A program made the translations under genes and the position numbers. The notes under the pieces were generated by a model. That model was given only the letters and a program-made list of their open reading frames with translations. It ran no database searches and was not told the origin of the DNA. Below, one piece after another: positions 51,885 to 59,860 of a stretch of 64,000 nt of DNA. Position 1 is the stretch's first letter. Every line of letters starts with the position of its first letter. Origin of the DNA: an uncultured Candidatus Saccharibacteria bacterium (GTDB taxonomy: Bacteria; Patescibacteriota; Minisyncoccia; Phycocordibacterales; UBA9973); contig CAZFSV010000002.1 of the NCBI GenBank assembly GCA_964522195.1, positions 36,743 through 100,742 on the forward strand, in the 5' to 3' direction.

Positions 51885-53271
51885 TTTTTCCTAAAATTGC
51901 TGCTATCGTAAAAGGATCTGGTGACTTAGCAAGTCCGGATAATGCATATCTAATTGGATGAAGAATTTCTCCCCTGTTTTCAAATTTATCAGCTATTGAC
52001 ATAATTCCATTTTTAATGTATTCCAAATCAAAATCTTCTTCTTTGATATTAGAAAAAGCATCAAGTGCTAATTTTAAATTTTCTATTGTTTTTTCTTTTG
52101 TGGAATTTTTGTAAATTAAATTTTCTTTTTGATATTCTGATAGTTTTATAAAAAAGTCTAACTCCCCCTCTCCTACCATTTTAGAAATATCGCTCCACTT
52201 AGAAATACGATCAAAAATAAGAGGAACTAGTTTTTTGTTTTTTAAATTTTCTGGTAGTAAATCTAAAATATTTTTTTCTATTTCTTCTTGAGGGAGCTTT
52301 TTCATATGTTCCCTATTAATCCAATCTAATTTTTCATCATTCCACCTAGCTCCACCTTTTTGAATTTTTGTAATATCAAAAACTTCTATTAATTCTTCTA
52401 TTGTATAAATTTCTTTTTCTCCGCCTGGATTCCATCCTAAAAATGACAAAAAGTTAAACATAGCTTCTGGTAAATATCCTTCTTCACGATATTCTAAAAT
52501 ATCTTTGGCTCCATCCCTTTTACTTAATTTTTTAGTTCCGAGATCACTTAGTATCGGAGGTAAGGTTACGAACACAGGAGGCTTTAAATCTAAAGCTTCG
52601 TATAAAGAAAGAAATTTTGGAGTAGAAGGAATGAATTCTTGACCACGCATAACATGAGTAACTTTCATCTCAATATCATCCACAATATGAGCGAAATTAT
52701 AAGTTGGATAACCATCACTTTTAATTAAAATAAAATCATCCAAAGCTTCTTCTCCAGCAGATAATTTATCAAAAACTACATCTTGCCACTCGTATCTTTT
52801 AATTTCAGGAACTTTAAAACGAAGAGGTTTTGTTCCGTCCCAAGTTTCAAAATTCTCTGGTCTATGTTCGCGATACAGGAAAGGTTTTTTATTTTCTTCA
52901 GCTTCTTTCCGCCAAATTTTAACTTCTTCTTCAGTATAAGGATCCGGATAAGCATAACCTTTTTCTATTAGAATATTTGCATATTTTTTATATATTTCTA
53001 ATCTCTCTGATTGAATATAAGGTGCATAAGGGCCTCCTTTATCTGGACCTTCATCATAAGAAACCTTAAACCAATTTAAAGACTCTACAATATGTTTTAT
53101 TGAACCAGAAACTTCACGCTCTTTGTCTGTATCTTCTATTCTTAGGATAAATGTTCCATTGTTTTTTTTAGCCCACAAATAAGCAAAAATAGCGGTTCTA
53201 ACACCGCCTACATGCATAAACCCAGTAGGACTTGGGGCAAATCTTGTAACAACTTTATCATTTTCTCTCAT
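51844..53271 (-). CDS. gltX: Glutamyl-tRNA synthetase
   Basis: PSPTGFMHVGG (HIGH-type), KLSKRD (KMSKS). Confidence 0.95.
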   Translation of the reverse strand: MRENDKVVTRFAPSPTGFMHVGGVRTAIFAYLWAKKNNGTFILRIEDTDKEREVSGSIKHIVESLNWFKVSYDEGPDKGGPYAPYIQSERLEIYKKYANILIEKGYAYPDPYTEEEVKIWRKEAEENKKPFLYREHRPENFETWDGTKPLRFKVPEIKRYEWQDVVFDKLSAGEEALDDFILIKSDGYPTYNFAHIVDDIEMKVTHVMRGQEFIPSTPKFLSLYEALDLKPPVFVTLPPILSDLGTKKLSKRDGAKDILEYREEGYLPEAMFNFLSFLGWNPGGEKEIYTIEELIEVFDITKIQKGGARWNDEKLDWINREHMKKLPQEEIEKNILDLLPENLKNKKLVPLIFDRISKWSDISKMVGEGELDFFIKLSEYQKENLIYKNSTKEKTIENLKLALDAFSNIKEEDFDLEYIKNGIMSIADKFENRGEILHPIRYALSGLAKSPDPFTIAAILGKNETIFRLQKAIQD

Positions 53272-53289
53272 AAGAACATTTTAACATAA

Positions 53290-53317
53290 AAATCCCTAAA
53301 ATTTAAATTTTAGGGAT
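53290..53317 (-). terminator. Terminator hairpin (14-bp perfect palindrome aatccctaaaattt/aaattttagggatt) downstream of DoxX
   Basis: On the minus strand it is followed by tttatgtt. Confidence 0.5.
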
Positions 53318-53339
53318 TAATTAAAATTTTTTATTAAGT

Positions 53340-53723
53340 TTACAAAATACTATTTATTGCAATTACTATTACAGCAAGTAGAAACATAGAAATTGCTGGC
53401 AAAGATTTCATAAAATTATCACGAACTTTAATATGCATCAAAATAGCTCCTCCCATAAGCATGACAAGAATATATGCGAAAGGAACTAAAACAATAGGAT
53501 AAACGAAACCAACTAGCATCATTAAAGCAATTATAATTTTTAAACCTCCAACAATATAAACCATAAATTTAGGTAAGCCATAAACCTTAAATTCTTCAAA
53601 CATATTTTTAGCATTACCTCCACGATATTCTGTAGATTTTTTGAAACGCAAAAGCCAAACATTAATCAAACCAAAAGCAATAATTAATTGCGCTAAATAA
53701 GAGATCACTAAATTTGTTTCCAT
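53340..53723 (-). CDS. DoxX-family membrane protein
   Basis: Four TM helices with DoxX-like spacing (LLRF...YGLP...GGLKIIIALMMLVG...). Confidence 0.55.
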   Translation of the reverse strand: METNLVISYLAQLIIAFGLINVWLLRFKKSTEYRGGNAKNMFEEFKVYGLPKFMVYIVGGLKIIIALMMLVGFVYPIVLVPFAYILVMLMGGAILMHIKVRDNFMKSLPAISMFLLAVIVIAINSIL

Positions 53724-53797
53724 ATTATTATTATTTTAAATTAATTTTTTAATACTTAAATTATAACACAATCAATTTAAATCTTAATTTATTTAAC

Positions 53798-53826
53798 TTG
53801 ACTTTTATATATAAATATGATATAAT
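53798..53826 (+). promoter_or_regulatory. Near-consensus promoter TTGACT-17-TATAAT upstream of lipoprotein gene
   Basis: Both hexamers and spacing directly seen, about 40 nt upstream of the ATG at 53866. Confidence 0.45.
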
Positions 53827-53865
53827 ATACAAAGATTTCTTCACACATTAAAAAAAATTCATTAC

Positions 53866-54093
53866 ATGAAAAAGTATTTGTTCTTTATATTCGTTGGTTT
53901 TTTTATTTCTTTAACTAGTTGTGGTATTCTTAAAAATCCAGAAAAAGGGAGTTACGAATGGAGCAAGAAATATTCCGGGTCAAGTATGGCCCGTAACCGT
54001 AGCGCAAGTTGCGGAATCAAAAAAACCAAAACTCCATCGTGGGCCAAGGTGAAGTACACTAGTCCAAAAAAAAGTAATAAGAAGAAGAAATAA
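53866..54093 (+). CDS. Small predicted lipoprotein with Lys-rich tail
   Basis: Lipobox L-T-S-C after a hydrophobic signal. K-rich C-terminus. Confidence 0.4.
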   Translation: MKKYLFFIFVGFFISLTSCGILKNPEKGSYEWSKKYSGSSMARNRSASCGIKKTKTPSWAKVKYTSPKKSNKKKK

Positions 54094-54114
54094 AGAACAT
54101 TCTTCTTAAATCCA

Positions 54115-54146
54115 AAAAGCGTTCCAAGTGAACGCTTTTTTTATTT
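54115..54146. terminator. Bidirectional terminator (aaaagcgttc-caagt-gaacgctttt)
   Basis: 10-bp stem with T-run, between lipoprotein (+) and ogt (-). Confidence 0.65.
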
Positions 54147-54440
54147 TATAGCGCCTTCTTTTTTAAGTAATTTGATTTTGTTTTCTCTACCTCTGTTGTA
54201 TTCCCCTGTTTGCCCATCGCTTCTGATCACTCTATGACAAGGTATATTTTTATCATAATTCATTTTCAGTACTGATCCCACAGCCCGAGAAGCTCCTTCG
54301 CTCCCCGCCTTCAAAGCGACTTCTTTATAAGTCATAACTTTCCCGCGAGGGATATTTTTCACAATATCTAAAACTTTTTCTTTAAAGGTTTGCATTTTAA
54401 TTAATTCTAATTTTAATCTTATATTCAGTTTTAATTTCAT
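54141..54440 (-). CDS. ogt: Minimal O6-alkylguanine-DNA alkyltransferase (C-terminal catalytic domain only)
   Basis: Active-site IPCHRVI (PCHR) motif plus a helix-turn-helix DNA-binding region. 99 aa, no N-terminal domain. Confidence 0.8.
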   Translation of the reverse strand: MKLKLNIRLKLELIKMQTFKEKVLDIVKNIPRGKVMTYKEVALKAGSEGASRAVGSVLKMNYDKNIPCHRVIRSDGQTGEYNRGRENKIKLLKKEGAIK

Positions 54441-54481
54441 GTTTGCTTATCGCAGTTTTATACTTATCTAAAATTATCCTT

Positions 54482-55072
54482 CTACGTGTTATTTTTATAA
54501 TATTTATTTTTAAATTTATCAAATAAATTTGTTAAATCATTTTCAATTTCAATTTTGCAAACAAAACAATCTTTTAACTTGGGTGTAATACCTTTTTTAA
54601 GAACACTTAGCGAAAGATCAAATTTATATTCACTTGTATGAACTCCATTTACTATTCTTTTAGTTAATTTTTCCCAATTTATATCTTGTTTTCTTGCAAT
54701 AAGGACATATAAATCATTTGGCGTAAAATCAAGAAAAATAAAAGCATCGTAATTTCTATTTTTAAAAAATTTTTCATGCTGAAATGTATCAGCCGACGCA
54801 CCTATTGTGGCTGTTTTAACTTCAATCTTTATGTCATCTACAACAATATCCCAATATTTATCATTATTAGTTATTGCTTTTTCATATTCAACTTTATATC
54901 TTCTTTTTGTAAAAATTTCATTTAAAAGCAACTCTCCCACTTCCCCAGTGTCATCATTATTTAATTTTTTTATATTCTCATATTTACCACCTTTTGCCCA
55001 ATTATTTTTCTTTTGTTTTCTATTTTCAGGAAGTGATATTAATATATTTTTTATAATTTCTTCTATTTTCAT
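54482..55072 (-). CDS. Putative type II restriction endonuclease (PD-(D/E)xK fold)
   Basis: WDIVVDDIKIEVKTA gives a D...(D/E)xK catalytic pattern. Immediately downstream of, and co-oriented with, a DNA MTase (4-nt gap). Confidence 0.5.
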   Translation of the reverse strand: MKIEEIIKNILISLPENRKQKKNNWAKGGKYENIKKLNNDDTGEVGELLLNEIFTKRRYKVEYEKAITNNDKYWDIVVDDIKIEVKTATIGASADTFQHEKFFKNRNYDAFIFLDFTPNDLYVLIARKQDINWEKLTKRIVNGVHTSEYKFDLSLSVLKKGITPKLKDCFVCKIEIENDLTNLFDKFKNKYYKNNT

Positions 55073-55075
55073 ATT

Positions 55076-56161
55076 TTAAAATAATTTATGATTAAAATCA
55101 TAGTAACCATTTTTAATTAAAACATCTTCAATTAAACTTGTACGTAAGTTTATTGCAGAGTTACTTGAATAAAAAGCTGTTTTTTCCCAATCATGATTTA
55201 ATAATAAATTCTTAATTTTTTCTTTATCTTTTAATATTACAATTCCATATCCTCTACGTTGAGGTAATTCTTCAAAAGAAAGGTATGGTTTTATGTCTTT
55301 ATAGGTTGTAGATGGCAAATAAATATCACATTTATAAAGCATATTTTTATTTCTTGTATTAGAAGGCAATCCTCCATCTGATAAAGAATAAATTTTTATA
55401 TACTGTAAACATGTTTTTCTTTCAGGGATCTTAATATTTTCTGTTTTTATTTTGGTCCACACTTGAAATATAGTATGAATTTTAATTTCCTCACCACTTG
55501 GATATATAAAAGAATTAGGAGGAATAATTTCTGAATATGCTAACTTGTAACCAAAAACTCTTTTTTTAGGAGATCCTTTACCGTCACTATTAAATAGTTG
55601 TGGCAATATAAAAGCAACAACATCAGCAAATTTGTAAGAATGATTAATGAATTGTAAAGCTAAATGACCTCTTAAGCCAAATGGAGGATTTCCCACAACA
55701 AAATATTTAAGATTTTTAGATGGAATCCATTTTAAATAATCATCTTTAATAATAGTTTTTGCTTTTGGGTCTATGTCTATGCCTATAGAGTTTTCTGGTA
55801 AAAATTTCAAAAAACTACCATTTCCAGCTGAAGGTTCAATATAAACATAATCTTTATCATCTATACCTAAATCAGTAATAATTTTTTTAAATTTTTTAAT
55901 ACAACCTAATGCAATATTTTCTTTAGTATAATATTGATCTTTTTCTTTTATAGAAAAATTATCTTCATATTTTACATTTAATAATCTTAAAAAATCTAAT
56001 TGATAATTTTTAGGTACTTTGTTTTGTTGGACCCATCTTTTTACAGTTCCTTTATGTATGCCAAAATGATTTGCTAATCTATCAAGAGTAAAAACATTTA
56101 AAGATTGCTCAAATAGCTGATTAATTTCAAAATTATTTATATTTGTGTTTGTATTTTTCAT
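55076..56161 (-). CDS. N6-adenine DNA methyltransferase, gamma class (M.TaqI-like), with N-terminal HTH extension
   Basis: Motif X DQYYT, motif I EPSAGNGSF, IGIDIDP, motif IV NPPF in M.TaqI order. N-terminal FTLDRLANHFGIHKGTVKRWV HTH. C-terminal target-recognition region. Confidence 0.75.
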   Translation of the reverse strand: MKNTNTNINNFEINQLFEQSLNVFTLDRLANHFGIHKGTVKRWVQQNKVPKNYQLDFLRLLNVKYEDNFSIKEKDQYYTKENIALGCIKKFKKIITDLGIDDKDYVYIEPSAGNGSFLKFLPENSIGIDIDPKAKTIIKDDYLKWIPSKNLKYFVVGNPPFGLRGHLALQFINHSYKFADVVAFILPQLFNSDGKGSPKKRVFGYKLAYSEIIPPNSFIYPSGEEIKIHTIFQVWTKIKTENIKIPERKTCLQYIKIYSLSDGGLPSNTRNKNMLYKCDIYLPSTTYKDIKPYLSFEELPQRRGYGIVILKDKEKIKNLLLNHDWEKTAFYSSNSAINLRTSLIEDVLIKNGYYDFNHKLF

Positions 56162-56329
56162 TTATTTTTTATAAATAAGTAATTAAATTGTCTCATACTT
56201 TTAAGTTTTTTACAATTAAGATTTTAATTAATTATTTATTATATGCAATATATGCTATAAAATCCTATTCCACAGGACAGGTAGTTTTCCCTATTGCGGC
56301 GTAGAAGCCACACCATGAGAATAATGCTA

Positions 56330-56344
56330 CACCCCCACACCAAA
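56330..56344. repeat. Left 15-bp inverted repeat ACCCCCACACCAAAT flanking GIY-YIG ORF (coordinates +/-2)
   Basis: Perfect reverse-complement match to 56605-56619. Confidence 0.7.
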
Positions 56345-56599
56345 TTATTGTACACTATTTTCAATCCTTTTTCTTAATTGCGTAAAAGCTCGACTTCTTA
56401 ACTTTAAATTTGATTCTCTATGTCTTGCATCTTTCTCTGCTTTGTATGCTTCGTAATATACTAACTCAAGAGGTCGTCGAGCTTTTGTGGAAATAACTTT
56501 ACCATCGTTATGTTCTTTAAAACGTTTCCTTAGATCATTTGTTGACCCAGTATAAAATTGATTATCTTTTTTACTTTTTAGAATATAAATGTAAAACAT
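56345..56599 (-). CDS. GIY-YIG nuclease family protein (UPF0213-like, 84 aa)
   Basis: FYIYIL...YTGSTNDLRKRFKEH...E GIY-YIG core. The ORF sits exactly between two 15-bp perfect inverted repeats. Confidence 0.8.
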   Translation of the reverse strand: MFYIYILKSKKDNQFYTGSTNDLRKRFKEHNDGKVISTKARRPLELVYYEAYKAEKDARHRESNLKLRSRAFTQLRKRIENSVQ

Positions 56600-56894
56600 A
56601 ACTTATTTGGTGTGGGGGTAAAAATATTGCGAATCCGGAGAAGAATAAGAGTATTGGGCTCCAGGTTGTGGTTATTGCCCAGACTAATAACCCTACTCCT
56701 ATCAAGAGTCTCAATAGGCGGTCGCCTTTACCTATATTTTTACTACCGCGTCCTTCTTTTCCGACTATTGCATTCTTTGCTAATTTTTTTAGAATTGCTC
56801 GATATAAGAGTCCAAAAATCCCCGCAAGGAGATACATGGCGACGACGAGTCCCCAACCTGTTGTAAAAGTATTTATCATACTTGTATTATACAC
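56571..56894 (-). CDS. Small membrane protein, DUF2892/YgaP-like N-terminal motif
   Basis: NIGKGDRLLRLLIGVGLL resembles the DUF2892 start. Two or three TM helices. GC-enriched DNA leaves both strands open (spurious plus-strand ORFs). The 3' end overlaps the GIY-YIG start and runs through the inverted repeat. Confidence 0.4.
   Translation of the reverse strand: MYNTSMINTFTTGWGLVVAMYLLAGIFGLLYRAILKKLAKNAIVGKEGRGSKNIGKGDRLLRLLIGVGLLVWAITTTWSPILLFFSGFAIFLPPHQISYVLHLYSKK
56605..56619. repeat. Right 15-bp inverted repeat (reverse complement of ACCCCCACACCAAAT)
   Basis: 5 nt upstream of the GIY-YIG ATG on the minus strand. Confidence 0.7.
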
Positions 56895-56914
56895 TGAATC
56901 AAAGTATTAATCTT

Positions 56915-56941
56915 CTTGCGTTAGGTCTTGCCTAACGCAAG
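56915..56941. repeat. Palindromic 27-nt hairpin element copy 1 (cttgcgttagg-tcttg-cctaacgcaag)
   Basis: 11-bp perfect stem. Identical second copy at 57453-57479. Confidence 0.7.
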
Positions 56942-56955
56942 GGTTTAAATAATGT

Positions 56956-56984
56956 TTGACAAATTTAACTTAATATGATATGAT
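56956..56984 (+). promoter_or_regulatory. Candidate promoter TTGACA-17-TATGAT
   Basis: Perfect -35 consensus, 17-nt spacer. Lies just inside hairpin copy 1 and upstream of the small ORF. Confidence 0.4.
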
Positions 56985-57024
56985 ACTGATTGAGGATAAT
57001 GTTGTTCTCAAAAAATTTTATATT

Positions 57025-57264
57025 ATGCCAGCAGAATTATCAGCAGCAAGGGCGAATGAAATCGCCATGATTGTCTTACAAGACAAACTTGAAAATGATG
57101 GTGAATTATCTAGAGTAGTTCCCTCTGAAATCAAGAGACAGGTTCATAATGCGTCAAAAAAAATGGGCATTCCCCCAAAAGAGATTGCCGAATTCATGAA
57201 GCTAATGCTTCAAAAGATGCATACAAAAAACATTGCGGAGCTCGATAAGATAATTGGCTCCTAA
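57025..57264 (+). CDS. Small helical hypothetical protein (79 aa) in GC-enriched cassette
   Basis: ORF with its own promoter and terminator. About 40% GC versus about 29% background. No recognised domain. The ORF track's upstream Met (56980) would overlap the -10 box. Confidence 0.35.
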   Translation: MPAELSAARANEIAMIVLQDKLENDGELSRVVPSEIKRQVHNASKKMGIPPKEIAEFMKLMLQKMHTKNIAELDKIIGS

Positions 57265-57400
57265 ATCAATTCTTTCAGTCAAGGTTGAAGAGTATTCTTC
57301 ACTAAAGGGATAATTCCGATTTGTTATTAGTCGATCTGCTTTGCTGATCTATGCAAGATAAATCTAAGAGAATAAGAACCTAACCTCACTGAAAAAATTT

Positions 57401-57436
57401 GCCCCGTCGCCTAAAAACGACGGGGCTTTTTATTTT
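57401..57436 (+). terminator. Intrinsic terminator (gccccgtcg-cctaaaaa-cgacggggc plus T-run)
   Basis: 9-bp GC-rich stem followed by tttttattttt. Confidence 0.65.
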
Positions 57437-57452
57437 TCCTGTTACGTTAAAT

Positions 57453-57479
57453 CTTGCGTTAGGTCTTGCCTAACGCAAG
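57453..57479. repeat. Palindromic 27-nt hairpin element copy 2
   Basis: Identical to 56915-56941. Sits 3 nt downstream of the stop of minus-strand gene 57483-57911. Confidence 0.7.
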
Positions 57480-57482
57480 ACT

Positions 57483-57911
57483 TTATCTAAAACTACAAGT
57501 TAGTACACATTGCAACGTGCAGATTTGTGCGTCTTTGTCGTGTCTACATGCGGAGGCGCATCCATTCCATTCTCCACCTTTCGCTATACATTGATTTTCA
57601 CTAAAAGAATTAATCTCGCAGACTTTACTCTCTTCATACCAAGTACCTTTTTGAGACTCACAAGATAATTTTTTGTTATCTGGAGCTAGGGTGATTTTAT
57701 CGTTCTCTTTTTGTGGAGGAATATTTTCTGGTTTTATAATTTCTGGAGTTTGAATCTGATTATTATTTTCAGGAATTAAAATATTACTATCTAGTTCATT
57801 TGCTGAATAATCTTGTAATTTAGAATCAGAATTCTTAGCTACATTCAAAGCATAATATCCTCCTCCGACAAATATAATTCCTACCAAAACCCATATTGCT
57901 ATTTTTGACAT
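57483..57911 (-). CDS. Secreted/anchored cysteine-rich protein (10 Cys in C-terminal 60 aa)
   Basis: N-terminal signal-anchor, Pro/Asn/Glu-rich linker, Cys-rich C-terminal module. Confidence 0.45.
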   Translation of the reverse strand: MSKIAIWVLVGIIFVGGGYYALNVAKNSDSKLQDYSANELDSNILIPENNNQIQTPEIIKPENIPPQKENDKITLAPDNKKLSCESQKGTWYEESKVCEINSFSENQCIAKGGEWNGCASACRHDKDAQICTLQCVLTCSFR

Positions 57912-57942
57912 ATATTTTAATTTAATTAATTAATTTTTTAAT

Positions 57943-57963
57943 AATTTAGATTTATCAAAATAT
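57943..57963 (-). promoter_or_regulatory. Shared 21-nt upstream motif AATTTAGATTTATCAAAATAT, copy 1
   Basis: Identical 21-mer at 59840-59860, also upstream of a minus-strand gene. Confidence 0.35.
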
Positions 57964-58059
57964 TTTTCATAATTATTTTTTAAGATACTTAAATTATACC
58001 ATTCTATATTTGATTAATACAGCCGTACAAATACTTGAGTTTTTGTTATAATAAAAATT

Positions 58060-58974
58060 ATGATAAATGCATTTATGGTTTTGCTTCCAGTATTCGGTAT
58101 CATAGCTTTCGGCTATCTTCTGCATAGATATGATATTGTCAAAATAAAATTAGTTCATATATTAAACCTTTTTATCTATTATGTTTCATTACCAGCTCTG
58201 ATTATTAGTTTATTTTGGAATATAGAATTCACTAAGAGCACTCTCGGATTCTTCGGCTTTCATGCAGGACTCATAATTGTACTGAGTTTGATACTAATGC
58301 TAACACTCTCAATATTTAAAATAAATAGTAAAAACAAAATCGCTATAATGCTCGGGGTCATGGTCGGAAATACTGTGTATATGGGCTACCCAATACTAGG
58401 TGCTACTTACCCTGATTTCCCTATTGAAGTCGGTATTGGTGCGGGAGCTATACAACTAATCACTGGTTTGCTAATGGCAGTGTTATTCGTAGAATATATG
58501 ATACTGCGAACAAAGAAACTATCTACATACATACTAGACTTGGCTCGGAATCCGCTCGTTATCGCTTGTATATTGGGTGTGATACTAAGTTTGATACCAC
58601 ACAGTGAAGCTATGAATGCCGGATTTAAAGTTGTATCAGCCTTAGGACAAACAGCAAGTCCACTCGCTTTACTGACACTTGGATTCTTTATGAATAGACA
58701 TATCTCAAAAAAGAGTATCATGCTGGGAAGTATAGCAGTGATGGCGAAGCTCGTAATATTACCTATGGCGGTGTTCATTATATCTATACTGCTCGGTTAT
58801 AGCCGAGAGTTTATACAAGTATCAGTACTGATATCAGCAATGCCTACAGCGGTTACGAGTTTTATTCTCGCAGAGAAATATAACCTAGACGAAAATCTAT
58901 CCGCAGACATAATACTCGCAAGTACCATCTTCTCAATAATAAGCATACCTATTGTGGTGTGGTTGCTCGGATAA
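58060..58974 (+). CDS. AEC-family (auxin efflux carrier / malate permease-like) transporter
   Basis: 10-TM two-repeat topology. N-terminal LLPVFGIIAFGYLL typical of Mem_trans family. Confidence 0.65.
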   Translation: MINAFMVLLPVFGIIAFGYLLHRYDIVKIKLVHILNLFIYYVSLPALIISLFWNIEFTKSTLGFFGFHAGLIIVLSLILMLTLSIFKINSKNKIAIMLGVMVGNTVYMGYPILGATYPDFPIEVGIGAGAIQLITGLLMAVLFVEYMILRTKKLSTYILDLARNPLVIACILGVILSLIPHSEAMNAGFKVVSALGQTASPLALLTLGFFMNRHISKKSIMLGSIAVMAKLVILPMAVFIISILLGYSREFIQVSVLISAMPTAVTSFILAEKYNLDENLSADIILASTIFSIISIPIVVWLLG

Positions 58975-59004
58975 ATACTATTAGTCGTGAATGATATATA
59001 AAAA

Positions 59005-59030
59005 TAAAAAAGCCCCTACTTTTAGGGGCC
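59005..59030 (-). terminator. Terminator for minus-strand gene 59074-59754 (gcccct-loop-aggggc with T-run on minus strand)
   Basis: U-tract present only on the minus strand. Confidence 0.5.
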
Positions 59031-59073
59031 TTGCCTTACGGCAACTAAATGAAAAGTCAATAAAATAATTGGT

Positions 59074-59754
59074 CTAATTTTTTAAGTTTTCAGGTCTTCC
59101 AACCTTGCGAACTTTTCTTGTTTTTGCTTTTGGAATAGGAATTGGTTTACCAGATTCTTCAAAAGCCTTTTGATTTTTCTTTTTATAAGAAACTGTATTT
59201 TTTCTCCTTATTCCTAGAAATTTTTTATCTTCTTCAGATAAGCCATAATCCCAAGAAAGAAAAGTTGGTTTTGAATGCTTTTCAGAATTTATACAAATCC
59301 AGAAATATTGACGAGTTCCTTTTTTACGGTGAATTTCCATTTCGCGTTCACATTTTTTACAAGGACAAAGCGGAGTGTTGTCAATTTTTTGTTTTGTGAT
59401 GCGAGCATATTCTTTCATGTCTACAAAAAAATTTTTGTTTTTTCTTGTGAAATATTGAGTACAATAAATCAAAATATCTCCTTTTGTTAAAATAACCCAT
59501 CCAGCATCAGTCCCTTTATCTCGGAGCTTGTTTTCTTTTTCAAGAAAAGTAGACCAAATTTTCTCAGTATAGGTTCCATTAGAATATTGAAAACCTGTTT
59601 CGTATCCTTGGATTCTTCGAATTCTTTTTTCAAGATCAAGTCTTGTAAAATCTTTATGAATTTGTTTTGATCCAATTTTATGAAAACCCAAAGCTTTCAT
59701 TTCAAGAGCAAACCACTCAAACCCTTCAGGGGTAGGAGTACCATTAACTTCCAT
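59074..59754 (-). CDS. Hypothetical nuclease-like protein with topoisomerase-type zinc ribbon and basic tail
   Basis: CPCKKC...FWIC...EKH four-Cys ribbon similar to zf-C4_Topoisom. Upstream DAGWVILTKGDILIYCTQY segment is reminiscent of NERD/Mrr-type cores. K/R-rich C-terminus. Confidence 0.3.
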   Translation of the reverse strand: MEVNGTPTPEGFEWFALEMKALGFHKIGSKQIHKDFTRLDLEKRIRRIQGYETGFQYSNGTYTEKIWSTFLEKENKLRDKGTDAGWVILTKGDILIYCTQYFTRKNKNFFVDMKEYARITKQKIDNTPLCPCKKCEREMEIHRKKGTRQYFWICINSEKHSKPTFLSWDYGLSEEDKKFLGIRRKNTVSYKKKNQKAFEESGKPIPIPKAKTRKVRKVGRPENLKN

Positions 59755-59839
59755 GATTATTGATTTTTAATGTGAGGAACTATTTTTTTATATCAAAAAT
59801 AATCCTACAATAAAAATAGAATTTTAGCAATATTTTATG

Positions 59840-59860
59840 AATTTAGATTTATCAAAATAT
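59840..59860 (-). promoter_or_regulatory. Shared 21-nt upstream motif, copy 2
   Basis: Identical to 57943-57963. About 85-105 nt upstream of start 59754. Confidence 0.35.

Noticed and set aside
56612-56910. Plus-strand ORFs 56612-56866 and 56668-56910 (Arg/Pro/Leu-rich)
   Set aside because: They overlap the minus-strand membrane-protein ORF in a GC-enriched patch where all frames are open. Their composition (R/P/L-rich) is typical of out-of-frame GC-rich sequence. I kept the minus-strand ORF, which has TM helices and a DUF2892-like motif, but with low confidence.
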